Below are positions 9,424-18,865 of a stretch of DNA of 64,000 nucleotides, piece by piece. The notes beneath the pieces are model-generated. The model was not told the origin of the DNA. It searched no databases and saw only the letters and a list, made by a program, of their open reading frames with translations. The stretch is from a virus. The first letter of the stretch is position 1; every line of letters starts with the position of its first letter. The DNA lies in IMG/VR virus record IMGVR_UViG_3300045973_000675, positions 15,145 through 79,144 of that record. One strand, given 5' to 3'. The translations under genes were made by a program, and so were the position numbers.

Positions 9424-11928
9424 CTACCCAGGTACTGCCGAGAGCATTGCTAGGTAGGGGGCGCTCGCGACCATGACCGCTCCAGTGGGCCATTTCGGCC
9501 CGAAGGCGGCGTTGGCCTGCCCCGTGAGCTTCCATCCTACCGGACCCAACACACCCGAGAAAGGCAATCCCGTCGTGGCAAGTGTTGGCATGTCGGGAAC
9601 GGGGCCGTCGATCTGTCGAAGAATCGGAACCGTGGTGGGAGCGACGTTGATCTTCATGACCAACCAGTACAGGCCCGGGTCGAGTTCCAGGTCATTTAGT
9701 CCGGTGGCCGACTTAAACGCCGCAGTTGTTCCAACGGCAACGCCGGCGCTCTTCTCGCTCATCAGCGTACCGGGCTGACCAGGCGAGCAAGCATCGTCGG
9801 CAAAGATGGCCAGACGCACGGTGGTCCCAGTGGTGGGCGCATTCGTGCACTCGAAGCCAATCGCTGTGAATCGAGTGCTCCCCTGCGTGATCCGAAAGGG
9901 CACAGCAAAAGTGTCACCAGCCACACATGTGTACGTGGCTGCTGAGATTCTCGCACCGGGGGTATGGTAGTAGTTGCCGGGTCTAACCGTGTACTGAACG
10001 GCGCCACTTGCAGCAGGGGATCCCGCCATGCAGGCCGCGTTTCCGTAGCTGGAAGCCGGTGGCGCGAGGCGATTGAACGCGTCCACCAACGCCTGTGCCG
10101 CCTTGACCGCCCCGATCTCATTGTAGTGTAGGCCCGCAGGTGCGTTGGGCGAGTAGCAAAGATCGACTGCCCCAATGGCGCCATCGCAGTCCGCCTCTTG
10201 GACCATCGAATCGAATTCGCCGATCAGGCTGCGAAGGGCGATGTTCCAATTCAAAACGTCCGTGTCTCGATTTGCTCCGGTGTTCGACGTTGCCTTCCAC
10301 GGAGCGTAGAACGATGCCGCGTCGATGGCGGCGTGACCGATGGCGCTCAAGCGCGATAGGCTGCAGACGATGACCGGCGAGGGCGAAAGCGATTCAAGCC
10401 ACCACGAATCGAAGGACACGTTGCCGCTGGCATCCACAGAGGACACGGTTCCGATGATCGTTTGCGTGGCGCCTGTGACCGGGGCTGTGTAGCGCACGAT
10501 CACCGGGCAGGTGACGGCGTCAGCTGCGGCCTTGATGTTCGAGCACGAAAGCGTGCCAGTGAGCCCGGCGGTTCCGGACCATGTGACCACCCCGCCCACG
10601 ACGCCTGGGCGCCCGATCAGGCAAATCGCGATCTTCTCGCCCTTGTAGTCGGCGGGAATCGTAATCGTGAACGTCGCCGACGTGGTCGTGGTGGAGTTGC
10701 GAAGCGTGCCGGTCGTGCTGCGGCCTTCCTGCGCCGTCAGGGCGGTCATGCCAGCGCCGTAGGCAACAGATGCGTCCGCGTTGTCCCGCACCGTCGAGGC
10801 TCGGCAGCGGCTGATCGCAAATCTCATTGCGTGGATGAATGCCGTCTGCGACTGCGCGGAATTTCCGTAGTTTCCGAGGTCGTTCAAACCAAAGCAGAGC
10901 AGGTGTCCGCCGCCGCTGGCGGTGTAAGGCGTCGTCTTCGCGGTGGTCTTGGTACCCCTGTACTGCGTGCCAAACGCGACTGCGTGCCATCCGCCGAGTC
11001 CATTCTGAATGAGGCCGTCGGCCGTAATGCGTGAACCGTTGACCGCTCGGTTGGTCCAGTCTAGAGTCGAAAATCCCAGCATCGAGCGTGCGAGGGCGTC
11101 GAAGCGTCCCGTCTGATCGTAGGTCGCAACGCCATTCATGAAGTACGAATGTCCCCACGCCGTCCACTGACGAACCGCGAGCTGAGCAAGCTGCGCCGGC
11201 TTGTTCATGATGTCCGGCTCCCACGCCCCTGGCGCAGTCGCAATCGACGTGGCGTTGACGTAGAGGTTCTCGCCAGGGCGAACAAAAGCAATGAACCCGC
11301 CGCCATTGGCGTTGACCGTGACGACTCCAGACCCGGTCGTGAGGTTGTCGATCTCGTAGGCCCAATCCGCGAACGGAAGTGTGTTGGCCGCGGGCAGGAT
11401 AACCGTTTGCGCTGTTATTCCCGATCCAGTCAGGATGAGCTGGCGCGGACTTGCGTTCGTGAGGGTTGTGGTTCCGCCCGACATCGCGACGGTCTGTGTG
11501 CCCTGCGGCTGCACCAAGAGCGCAAGCTGCGTCTCCGCCACATTCGATGCGACCACGTGGGGACTCTGCAATCCCCACACGCCGGCCGCCTCGTCGATGA
11601 GCACGCACCAGTCCGAAACCCCGCTGAGGACAAACGAGGTCGCGCCTCCGATGGTGTCCGCGCCCGAGCGATTCAGTGTCACGATGCCCGCGCCGAGCAT
11701 GCAGACGAAGATCGGCTTACCCGATCCGGTCGCAGCCGGGACCGTGACGGCGTAGGTCCCCGCGGCCAGCGTCACCGCGTCGTCAGCAAGCGCGATGGTG
11801 TCTGCGCCCGAGATGGCGTGCTTGGCGTAGTCCAGCGAGTGGGTTGCGTTCCAATTACTCGGACGTACAAGGGTCGCGTCGGCCCCATCGGCCTTCCCCG
11901 ATACAAATGGATGTGTTACCGATGGCAT
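9424..11928 (-). CDS. Fibre/appendage protein with an SGNH (GDSL-like) esterase domain
   Basis: Blocks WGHS (I), AVNGS (II), FGLND (III), LHYNEIG (V), with an inserted beta-rich domain and beta-rich N- and C-terminal regions. Confidence 0.75.
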   Translation of the reverse strand: MPSVTHPFVSGKADGADATLVRPSNWNATHSLDYAKHAISGADTIALADDAVTLAAGTYAVTVPAATGSGKPIFVCMLGAGIVTLNRSGADTIGGATSFVLSGVSDWCVLIDEAAGVWGLQSPHVVASNVAETQLALLVQPQGTQTVAMSGGTTTLTNASPRQLILTGSGITAQTVILPAANTLPFADWAYEIDNLTTGSGVVTVNANGGGFIAFVRPGENLYVNATSIATAPGAWEPDIMNKPAQLAQLAVRQWTAWGHSYFMNGVATYDQTGRFDALARSMLGFSTLDWTNRAVNGSRITADGLIQNGLGGWHAVAFGTQYRGTKTTAKTTPYTASGGGHLLCFGLNDLGNYGNSAQSQTAFIHAMRFAISRCRASTVRDNADASVAYGAGMTALTAQEGRSTTGTLRNSTTTTSATFTITIPADYKGEKIAICLIGRPGVVGGVVTWSGTAGLTGTLSCSNIKAAADAVTCPVIVRYTAPVTGATQTIIGTVSSVDASGNVSFDSWWLESLSPSPVIVCSLSRLSAIGHAAIDAASFYAPWKATSNTGANRDTDVLNWNIALRSLIGEFDSMVQEADCDGAIGAVDLCYSPNAPAGLHYNEIGAVKAAQALVDAFNRLAPPASSYGNAACMAGSPAASGAVQYTVRPGNYYHTPGARISAATYTCVAGDTFAVPFRITQGSTRFTAIGFECTNAPTTGTTVRLAIFADDACSPGQPGTLMSEKSAGVAVGTTAAFKSATGLNDLELDPGLYWLVMKINVAPTTVPILRQIDGPVPDMPTLATTGLPFSGVLGPVGWKLTGQANAAFGPKWPTGAVMVASAPYLAMLSAVPG

Positions 11929-11955
11929 GGCTGCTCCGGGACGAGCGATGCCTGA

Positions 11956-12594
11956 TTACGTCAGCGTGATCGTGAACGTGACCGCGAGCTGGTCGCCGAC
12001 CTGTAGTGACCGCTGTGTGAAGGCCAGCACGTGGTGCATGGTCCCGGCACTGGAAGCCGAGAAGAGCGCGGCCTTCTGCGCCGACTGTGCCCCGGTCGAG
12101 CACGTGAATGTCTTCGAGATCGTTGCGGTACTGGCACCCGCTGAGTGGGCATAGGCTCCGATTGCCCTCGTCAGTCCGTTGGCCGCAATCTCGGTCGATA
12201 GCGTGGTGCTGGCCGTGGTCTCGGTCAGGGTGTCATTGGAGAGCGCGATGTAGTTGAGCCCGTTCGCCTGTGCGCTGGTCCCGTAGGTCTGGGCGAATGT
12301 GAAGTCGATCCCCGCAGTGGTCTTGACGTTGTAGACGGTGTCGGATCCGATCACCTTGCACCCGGTGTGCTTCACCGGGTTCGCGCAGCGGATGTGCTGG
12401 ATGACGCCCTTGGCTCGGTGGACCTGCACGGCGTCGGAGGTCTGGGTGTTGGCCGTAAATCCCGTGGTTGCCCGCTCTCCCGCGCTGACCACGTCACGGG
12501 TTGCGCTGAGTCCGAGCAGGGGGTTGAGTGCGGCGCCCAGTACCAGGGCGCAGAGGATGGCTGCGAAATTGACGATTCTGCTTTGCTGTCTCAT
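11956..12594 (-). CDS. Fibre-base-like structural protein with an N-terminal hydrophobic segment
   Basis: Start MRQQSR with GGAG RBS; C-terminal domain NVKTTAG...YIALS...TTLSTEI...GDQLAVTFTITL. Confidence 0.7.
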   Translation of the reverse strand: MRQQSRIVNFAAILCALVLGAALNPLLGLSATRDVVSAGERATTGFTANTQTSDAVQVHRAKGVIQHIRCANPVKHTGCKVIGSDTVYNVKTTAGIDFTFAQTYGTSAQANGLNYIALSNDTLTETTASTTLSTEIAANGLTRAIGAYAHSAGASTATISKTFTCSTGAQSAQKAALFSASSAGTMHHVLAFTQRSLQVGDQLAVTFTITLT

Positions 12595-12596
12595 GG

Positions 12597-12917
12597 TCAC
12601 TCCAAAATGAAAAGGTTCAACGGAACCCCGCGGGCGACTCCCCCGCCGGGCAAATCCAGGTGTGGATACAGACGGTAACGGCCGGGCTGCGCGGTCTCCA
12701 ATCCCAGGGCGTCGAACGTGTGGACCATGGTCGCGACGTCCATGGCAGCCGCCGCGATGATGGCGGGCCACACGACCTCGTCGCCGTTCTCGGCCCGCAC
12801 GATAAAGTGGCATGCGGTCCCGGTCGTGGCGTCGAAGGTGCTGCCCGCCTTGCGGTGAACGCGCACGGTCAGCGACTCGGGAGCGAGCGCCCCGGCGTAG
12901 ATTGAGATCGATGCCAC
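12597..12917 (-). CDS. BppU-like Ig-fold structural protein
   Basis: 106 aa; FDATT...HTFD...PGRYRLYPHLDLPGG pattern. Confidence 0.6.
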   Translation of the reverse strand: MASISIYAGALAPESLTVRVHRKAGSTFDATTGTACHFIVRAENGDEVVWPAIIAAAAMDVATMVHTFDALGLETAQPGRYRLYPHLDLPGGGVARGVPLNLFILE

Positions 12918-12923
12918 CCACCG

Positions 12924-12958
12924 AGTGTCGGGCGTGGTGGCGCGCTACTCAAAAGCGG
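12924..12958 (-). promoter_or_regulatory. Recurrent leaderless promoter
   Basis: CCGCTT-TTGAGT-N17-GACACT-N6-GTG. Confidence 0.65.
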
Positions 12959-12962
12959 GCGG

Positions 12963-13313
12963 TTAGGCGCGGGCCTTCTCCGCCCAGTGCCGCTCGGCCT
13001 CGTCCACCACCGCCACCAGCTCGGCGAAGAACAGGTCGCCCAGCTTCTTGGACAGCGCTGTCTTGCCGGCGTCGGCGACGGTTGCGGGCACGTGGATCGC
13101 CGAATGCCCGGCCGCCAGCCACCGCTCGTCCAGGGCCTCAAAGATGGTCTCCCACTCGGCCTCGGTCAGCTCGGGCTTCTCGCGCCGGCAGATCTCAGCG
13201 TAGCGCTCGACACACGCCCGGATGACCTCGGAGCGCGTGCCTGGCCCGACCTCGCGCGCGGCAAGGATCGCCTGGGTGTCGGGGTCGAGGTAGATGCTGG
13301 TCTTCTTTGGCAT
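12963..13313 (-). CDS. Ribbon-helix-helix DNA-binding protein
   Basis: KKTSIYLDPDTQAIL...RSEVIRACVERY. Confidence 0.65.
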   Translation of the reverse strand: MPKKTSIYLDPDTQAILAAREVGPGTRSEVIRACVERYAEICRREKPELTEAEWETIFEALDERWLAAGHSAIHVPATVADAGKTALSKKLGDLFFAELVAVVDEAERHWAEKARA

Positions 13314-13326
13314 GCTCTTCTTCCTT

Positions 13327-14688
13327 TCAACCAATGACCGTGATCCCGACCTCGCCGCGCACCTTCACCTTCTCAAGCATCAATTCGGTGAGGGCGATCG
13401 TGTTGGCATCGATTCGATCTGGGCTGTCTCCCTGGGTTGGATCCCACTGCGTCTGCTGGTCCTCGAGCCGCGACAGCACCCCCACGTGGTGGCACTTCCC
13501 CTGCTCGTACAGGTTTGAGATCGGCTCGTGGCGCATCTGCTTGCCGCGGCTGGCGTGCACGCCCTTGTAGGAAATGTTCTCGCCGCCCTCGGTGGCGCGG
13601 ACGTTCCGCTCGACCATGTCGCCTCCCTGGTTCACCTCGGCCACCACCAGGTCGGCCATGTATTCGTCGTATGTGTCGACGACTATGCGGCCCCACTTCT
13701 CGGGCTTGTAGATGCCGCTGCGGTCCTCGAACACGAACCCGTGGATCTCGCGCGCGCCACGGCACTTGCACCAGGCGGTGCCGGCACCGATGATGCCCGT
13801 CTCGTCGCTCTTCTTCTTGGCCGTGATGGCCGGGTCGACCGCCACCACGACCCGAATGAAGTCCTGCGGCATTGCCGAAACCCGCAGGTCGTCGATCTTC
13901 TTTTGCAGCCACAGGGCGTTGGGGTTGTCGGTGAGGATCTCGGCGAAGATCTCCTGTCGTCCGAGCCTGGTGCCGTCGTATCGCCGCTTGAGCTTGGCCA
14001 GGTACTTGGTCGGCAGATTGCCGGCGTTTTCGTAGGTGCTGCCCCAGTGGGTGATGCTTTCGGGGTCGGACTCCAGGTCGCGGAGAAACTTCAACGGCCG
14101 CGGCGAGCTGGTCACCAGACAGCGCGCATCGCGCATGCGCAAGCCGAACTGTAGGTTGTCCCAAGAGTCGTCGAGGTAGCGCCAGTGCGCGAGCTCATCG
14201 CACCAGGCGGTGTCGTATTGGGGACCGCGGAGTGAGCGGGGCTCGTCGGCGGAGAAGGTCGTGGCAGTGGCGCCGTTGGGCCAGGTGATGCGCCTCTTCG
14301 AGGGCTCGTACGTCGGCCGGAACCACGGCGGCGAGATGGCGAGGATCCCGCTCGGGCCCTCGACCATGACGTCGCGCACGTCGGCGGCCGTGGGCGCCAC
14401 CAGGGCGATGTTGCGAGCGCCCTGCTCTTCCACCCGCATGCGGACCCACTCCGCTCCGGTGAGGGTCTTGCCCCAGCCGCGGCCGCACCGGCAAATCCAG
14501 GTCGACCAGTCGCCGTCGGGCGGCAGTTGTTTGGTGCGCGCCCTGAATTTCCAGTCGTAGGCGGCGCGGAGCTTGTAGTCTTCGTCCTCGACTTCGTCCC
14601 ACCACGCGTAGAACTTCTCGGGCCCGCCCATCGACATGATGGCCAGGTCGAGGTTGGAATAGTCGATACCGGATACCAGTTCCGGCAC
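13327..14688 (-). CDS. Terminase large subunit
   Basis: Walker A CGRGWGKT, LRGPQYDTAWCDE, nuclease VVAVDPA / SDETG / SPDRIDA; GTG start inferred next to the terS stop. Confidence 0.95.
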   Translation of the reverse strand: MPELVSGIDYSNLDLAIMSMGGPEKFYAWWDEVEDEDYKLRAAYDWKFRARTKQLPPDGDWSTWICRCGRGWGKTLTGAEWVRMRVEEQGARNIALVAPTAADVRDVMVEGPSGILAISPPWFRPTYEPSKRRITWPNGATATTFSADEPRSLRGPQYDTAWCDELAHWRYLDDSWDNLQFGLRMRDARCLVTSSPRPLKFLRDLESDPESITHWGSTYENAGNLPTKYLAKLKRRYDGTRLGRQEIFAEILTDNPNALWLQKKIDDLRVSAMPQDFIRVVVAVDPAITAKKKSDETGIIGAGTAWCKCRGAREIHGFVFEDRSGIYKPEKWGRIVVDTYDEYMADLVVAEVNQGGDMVERNVRATEGGENISYKGVHASRGKQMRHEPISNLYEQGKCHHVGVLSRLEDQQTQWDPTQGDSPDRIDANTIALTELMLEKVKVRGEVGITVIG

Positions 14689-14690
14689 GG

Positions 14691-15131
14691 CTACTTTCGG
14701 TGAGGCGTGGCCTCGTCCTCTTCTTCCTCTTCCTCTGCGGCCTTGGCGTTGGCTCGCTTGACGTCCTCGCGCGCCTTCGTGGCGAGGTCCGACAGGAACG
14801 AGGTCAGGGGATTTTCGCCGGTGTCGACCTTGCCGCTGACGTGCACCTTGTCCGGAACCTTGCCGTAAACCCGGTAGTACCAGACCTCGATCGCCTTCAT
14901 GCAGTCCTTGCGCCGGCGGTCGATTGCAATCATGTAGTGCGTGCGCATCACAGTATCGTTGCGACACGGCAGCGCGGCGCCGTTCTTGTCGACGCCCGGA
15001 CTCTCCAGCGCGAACTCCTGCCAGTCCTTGCGGGTGGGCTCGTCGGGCTTCTTCTTCGGGCGGCCGTTGATGTTGCCGCTCTGGCCCTTCTTGAAGGACT
15101 TGAGATTTGCGAGACTGCGGGCGGATGCCAT
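14691..15131 (-). CDS. Terminase small subunit
   Basis: NLKSFKKGQSGNINGRPK motif; directly upstream of terL. Confidence 0.8.
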   Translation of the reverse strand: MASARSLANLKSFKKGQSGNINGRPKKKPDEPTRKDWQEFALESPGVDKNGAALPCRNDTVMRTHYMIAIDRRRKDCMKAIEVWYYRVYGKVPDKVHVSGKVDTGENPLTSFLSDLATKAREDVKRANAKAAEEEEEEDEATPHRK

Positions 15132-15137
15132 GCCTCT

Positions 15138-15172
15138 AGCTTCGATCCGCTACACGCCGGGCACGAAATCCG
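15138..15172 (-). promoter_or_regulatory. Recurrent leaderless promoter (variant) for terS
   Basis: CGGATT-TCGTGC-N17-GAAGCT-N6-ATG. Confidence 0.5.
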
Positions 15173-15198
15173 TCCCGGCGTTTTGTACCAGCGATGTG

Positions 15199-15660
15199 CT
15201 ACCCGCCTTGGTCAAAGCCAGGCCCGCTCATGATCTCGAACATGCTGACCTCGTGAAGCTGGGCCACGGCATCTTCCGTGAACTCGCCTTGGATCTCGGG
15301 ATTGTTGGCGACCAGGTTGCCGAGCCGCTGCTTGGTGGCATCCCAGTCGACGAACCGCACAGGGAAGCGATCGCCGGTCTTCGGGTGCACGATGTAGCCA
15401 GTCTCGCCCTCGCGCACGACCTCGGTGGCGCCCGCCTCCTTGAGTTGTTTGATGCGCTGGTGGCCCGACACCAGTTCGCTGGTGCGAATATTGAATGTGA
15501 TGTCGAGAGGGCCGAAAGTCTCCATGCTGACGCCGAGGCCGACCGCCGCCGTGCCCTTCATCTTCCGCGGGTTCCTCGGGTCTGGCGCCAGTGCCGCGAT
15601 GGGTAGAACGTCCCTCACTGGTTCGTCACTGTTTTTGATTCCGGCCTTGGTCTTGCTCAT
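15199..15660 (-). CDS. ParB/Srx N-terminal-domain protein
   Basis: LAPDPRNPRK...SMETFG...LVSGHQR. Confidence 0.75.
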   Translation of the reverse strand: MSKTKAGIKNSDEPVRDVLPIAALAPDPRNPRKMKGTAAVGLGVSMETFGPLDITFNIRTSELVSGHQRIKQLKEAGATEVVREGETGYIVHPKTGDRFPVRFVDWDATKQRLGNLVANNPEIQGEFTEDAVAQLHEVSMFEIMSGPGFDQGG

Positions 15661-16451
15661 GGATTCGATTCCGCTCTCCGGTTCCGGATGTTCACCTCTT
15701 GCAGCGCCTGCGCTTCAAGCTGCCGCGCCCGCTCCAGTGTCAACCCCAGCTTCGCCCCCACAACTTCGAGCGGCAGCACCTTCGGGTCTCGCCCTACCCG
15801 CCCAGCCTCGCGTTCGGCCACATCCTGCGCGCACGTGTCGGCGAGCTCCGCCATGTTCTCGGGCCGCACCTTCGGGTGATTGAGCTTGATCGAGCCGCAG
15901 TCCTTGACCTCCAGGTACAGGTGTCGACGGCACCTGGCCCACACGCACGGCCGGCAGCGGTTCCTCGCCCGCATGGGGATCTCGTCGGCGTTGTAGATAG
16001 CGGTCCGGTTGCCCGTCCCCAGGTCCAGCCGGCACCACGACCACTCCCCGCCCTTGCCTTGCCTGTACCCGACGATGCCTCGGCACTCTGGGCAGGAAAT
16101 GCGCGACGTCTCGCCCTCGCTCCCCTGAACGGTCGTCACCTGCATGGCCACCTTGGAGCGGCACCACGGGCATTCGCGGTCGCCCGCACAGTCGCCGCGC
16201 ATCTTGGGGTAGCCGGCGTCCCACCCACGGGGTAGCGCCACCCACGATGAGCGCTCGGCCCGCGTGGCCTTGCCCGGGTGCAGAGAGCGGCGAACCTTGC
16301 CGGCGCCGGGCGACGCCGCGTCTTCCTGTTCCTCTTGGTCGAGGTCGATATCGATCCACCAGTACAGGGTGGGGCGCTCCGCTGACCCGAGCGGCTTGAG
16401 CTTTCGGCGACGGTGGTTGTGGCGCTCGGGCGGCGAGGAGTGCCGACACAT
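15657..16451 (-). CDS. Cys-rich protein with a C-terminal sigma-70 region 4 HTH (candidate late regulator)
   Basis: PKMRGDC...RPCVWARCRRHLYLEV...GSIKLN...TCAQDVA...LEVVGAKLGLTLERARQLEAQAL; GGAGGAGG RBS before 16451 (alternative GTG at 16523). Confidence 0.75.
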   Translation of the reverse strand: MCRHSSPPERHNHRRRKLKPLGSAERPTLYWWIDIDLDQEEQEDAASPGAGKVRRSLHPGKATRAERSSWVALPRGWDAGYPKMRGDCAGDRECPWCRSKVAMQVTTVQGSEGETSRISCPECRGIVGYRQGKGGEWSWCRLDLGTGNRTAIYNADEIPMRARNRCRPCVWARCRRHLYLEVKDCGSIKLNHPKVRPENMAELADTCAQDVAEREAGRVGRDPKVLPLEVVGAKLGLTLERARQLEAQALQEVNIRNRRAESNP

Positions 16452-16519
16452 GACCGCCTCCTCCTCCACCCCATTCGTGAATTGGGATAAGCAGCGCTGC
16501 TGGTAGCTGATCTCGGAGA

Positions 16520-16780
16520 TCACGCCACCCCTTCGGCGGCCGAGGCCTCGCGCTTGGCCAGCTCTTCCCTGATGAGCGCAAGGCTTCCCCTCCCCACCGG
16601 CATGCCGGCCAGGGCCGCGCACAGGGTATTGCCCGAGACACCGAATGCACCGAGTGCCCGTCGGCTCGTCTGGCCCGCTAGGGCTGTCCTGATGCGCGCC
16701 TGTAGCTCCGCTGGCGCAGGGATGGCCGCTCTCGTGTTGCCTTCCGGTCGTCTGCATGTTTGTTCAACTTTCAGATGCAC
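16520..16780 (-). CDS. Small HTH-like protein
   Basis: FGVSGNTLCAALAGMPV...SLALIREEL. Confidence 0.55.
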   Translation of the reverse strand: MHLKVEQTCRRPEGNTRAAIPAPAELQARIRTALAGQTSRRALGAFGVSGNTLCAALAGMPVGRGSLALIREELAKREASAAEGVA

Positions 16781-16787
16781 GCACTTC

Positions 16788-16822
16788 AGGGTTGAACGGA
16801 CTGGCTAGGTTCTCAACTTCGG
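16788..16822 (-). promoter_or_regulatory. Recurrent promoter upstream of the HTH / sigma-4 / ParB operon
   Basis: CCGAAG-TTGAGA-N17-AACCCT-N7-GTG. Confidence 0.6.
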
Positions 16823-17004
16823 GCGCGGCGCTACCGGCTCCTCGCTTTCGAGAACGCTTGCGATTAGCTGCCGTTGCGGCGGTACGACTTCCAGAACCGC
16901 CTACGCTGGTCCACCGACCACCTCCCCATTCGTGATCGTCACGGGATCGAAAAGCCAACGGTTCATCAGGTCCCGCATGGACCGGGCAGAGAGGCGCTTG
17001 AGGT

Positions 17005-17202
17005 TCAGGGTTTTGCGCATACCTCCCTGGCCTCGCCTTCGTCCCCGCTCTCCGATCCGTTGTACATCGGGCTGTCTTCGCACTGCTCGTTTGTGCACCC
17101 TTCGTTCCCAAGAATTGGATCTCCGCACGTTGAACACGTGGTGCCCTCCGCCACGTATCCGCGTTGCTTGGCGAGAATCCGTATCCGGTTCTTGTCGATC
17201 AC
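17005..17202 (-). CDS. Small Zn-finger protein
   Basis: CSTCG...CTNEQC; GTGA overlap with the upstream stop. Confidence 0.5.
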   Translation of the reverse strand: MIDKNRIRILAKQRGYVAEGTTCSTCGDPILGNEGCTNEQCEDSPMYNGSESGDEGEAREVCAKP

Positions 17203-18209
17203 TGATTCACTGCTCCTCTCGGGAATTCCTGCACTCGCAGATCGGCGGGCCATTCCGATGGGTCAGCGCCAGCGCGGTCGCGGATGGGTATCAGCATGCC
17301 GTTCGAATCGACGAAGTTGGCGCCCATCTGTTTCACGAAGCACGCCACGCCAGCCGCCTTGCACTGGTCACGAATGGAGCGGGCCCACTCGACCTGGAAG
17401 GGCCTCGCACGCGGTCCCGATTCACCTCCCACAATCACCCACTGGATTCCCCGGTCGCGCGCCATCCAATACTTCCAGTCGTCCCATTCCTTGGGGTTGG
17501 CCGTTGGGTGGGTGGGCGCCGTCTCCGGCCAAGCCGAGACTTCCGGGTGGGTCAGCGTGATCGCTTCCAGCATTGGCTCGACGCTCAAGAACCTGCACGC
17601 GGCCGGCGTCTGCAATAGCTCTGGGATATCCCGCTCAGCCTCCTTCTGCGTGCAGACGGTTGAGCCCTCGCGCACGTTGGGGAGGGGCCAGACGCAGTGA
17701 CAGTCGTTCCAGTGGCTACGCCCGTTGCGCCCAATCCTCACGATCTCGTCTCGCGTTGCCTCCTCAGCGTGTATCCGCAACTTTCCGAACGGATGACCAC
17801 CGCGATTCACCCACTCGAACCACTCCCGTCGCCGCTTCGCCCGCTTGGTGAGCACGTGGAAGGTGTGCTGCGGGCACGCCGCCATCACGCCGTACATGGC
17901 CGCGATCTGTTCATTGGTGACCGACTCGTGGTACAGGTCGGCCATGTCGCAGACAAAGATGCCGGCCGGCTTACGGTGGCGCAGGGACTCGGCCAGCTTC
18001 TCGGGGAAGAACCGCACGACGTTGTTCCACTTCCCATCGTGGGCGAGGCCGGCGTACTGGGGAAGGTGGGCCAGGCGCGTACCGGCCAGTCGGGCGGCGT
18101 AGCAGTGCAGGCACCCTGGCGAGACGGCCTTGCAGCCGACCAGGGGGTTCCACGTGAAGCCCTGGCTGCCGTCTGGGTTGCGGACCCAGGCGATGCTGGT
18201 GCGGTTCAT
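17199..18209 (-). CDS. Phage Gp37/Gp68 (DUF5131) family protein
   Basis: TWNPLVGCKAVSPGCLHCYA, IFVCDMADLYH, VLTKR, FLSVEPML, WVIVGGESG, FVKQMG. Confidence 0.9.
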   Translation of the reverse strand: MNRTSIAWVRNPDGSQGFTWNPLVGCKAVSPGCLHCYAARLAGTRLAHLPQYAGLAHDGKWNNVVRFFPEKLAESLRHRKPAGIFVCDMADLYHESVTNEQIAAMYGVMAACPQHTFHVLTKRAKRRREWFEWVNRGGHPFGKLRIHAEEATRDEIVRIGRNGRSHWNDCHCVWPLPNVREGSTVCTQKEAERDIPELLQTPAACRFLSVEPMLEAITLTHPEVSAWPETAPTHPTANPKEWDDWKYWMARDRGIQWVIVGGESGPRARPFQVEWARSIRDQCKAAGVACFVKQMGANFVDSNGMLIPIRDRAGADPSEWPADLRVQEFPRGAVNQ

Positions 18210-18313
18210 GATTCATCCTTTTGCAGCGGAGGAAGCAGGTGGCTACCGTCGCTGGCATTTTTGATTGCCTGGTAGATGGTGAGCCCAGCCGGGTTCACGA
18301 TGTGGGCAAGGAA
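18206..18313 (-). pseudogene. Stranded original 3' end of the 18822..19319 gene
   Basis: FLAHIVNPAGLTIYQAIK...LLPP aligns with FAANIVLPDGKTVGELI; its TGA overlaps the next ATG (ATGA). Confidence 0.7.
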
Positions 18314-18331
18314 AGTGGTATACTTCTTGTT

Positions 18332-18865
18332 ATGCCGTACAAAGACCCGATCATGCGTAAGCGCTGCGCCCAGAGGTGCATGCGCACGTACCGAGCTACG
18401 CTCACGGCCGCCAAGGTTGAGAAGATCGAGAACGGAATCAAGAAGCGAAAGCGCTGGCCCGTGCGCGATCTTGCGTGGGCTGCGGGAATGTTTGAGGGTG
18501 AGGGGACGGCGGCGATTTGTGGCAGCCGCTACTCCCGTAGCGTCGTTAGCCTGTGCAACACGGACTTCGAAATCGTTGCCTTCTTTCAGAAACGATGGCC
18601 TGGACTGGTGAGAGAGGTTGTACCAAAGAATTCCCGCCACAAGCCCCACCGAACATGGCGGCTCCAGGGAAACCAGGTGTTCGGCTTTCTTCTCGATGTC
18701 ATGCCGTTCTTGCGAACCACCGCAGAAAAGGAGAAGGCAAGGTTGCTCATGGCCAGCCAGCGAGCGCGTTGGGCCGGATATCGACTTCCCGGGCACCTTG
18801 CGAAGATGGCCGCTTTCAAGGTCAAGATGCATCGGCTGAACCTCCGGGGACGGCAGTCAGCATAA
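18332..18865 (+). CDS. Free-standing LAGLIDADG homing endonuclease (antisense insertion)
   Basis: DLAWAAGMFEGEG, SLCNTD, WRL...FLLDVMPFL; TG-G-TATACT extended -10 lies 7 nt before the ATG. Confidence 0.85.
   Translation: MPYKDPIMRKRCAQRCMRTYRATLTAAKVEKIENGIKKRKRWPVRDLAWAAGMFEGEGTAAICGSRYSRSVVSLCNTDFEIVAFFQKRWPGLVREVVPKNSRHKPHRTWRLQGNQVFGFLLDVMPFLRTTAEKEKARLLMASQRARWAGYRLPGHLAKMAAFKVKMHRLNLRGRQSA

Noticed and set aside
15132-15260. Frameshifted ParB-methyltransferase fusion
   Set aside because: Alternative frames stop within a few dozen codons, there is no room for an MTase domain, and the interval holds the terS promoter
18206-18832. 208-aa - strand ORF, or an intron/intein interpretation of the LAGLIDADG gene
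   Set aside because: Mostly an antisense shadow of the endonuclease; the endonuclease is on the opposite strand with no intein ends or visible intron core
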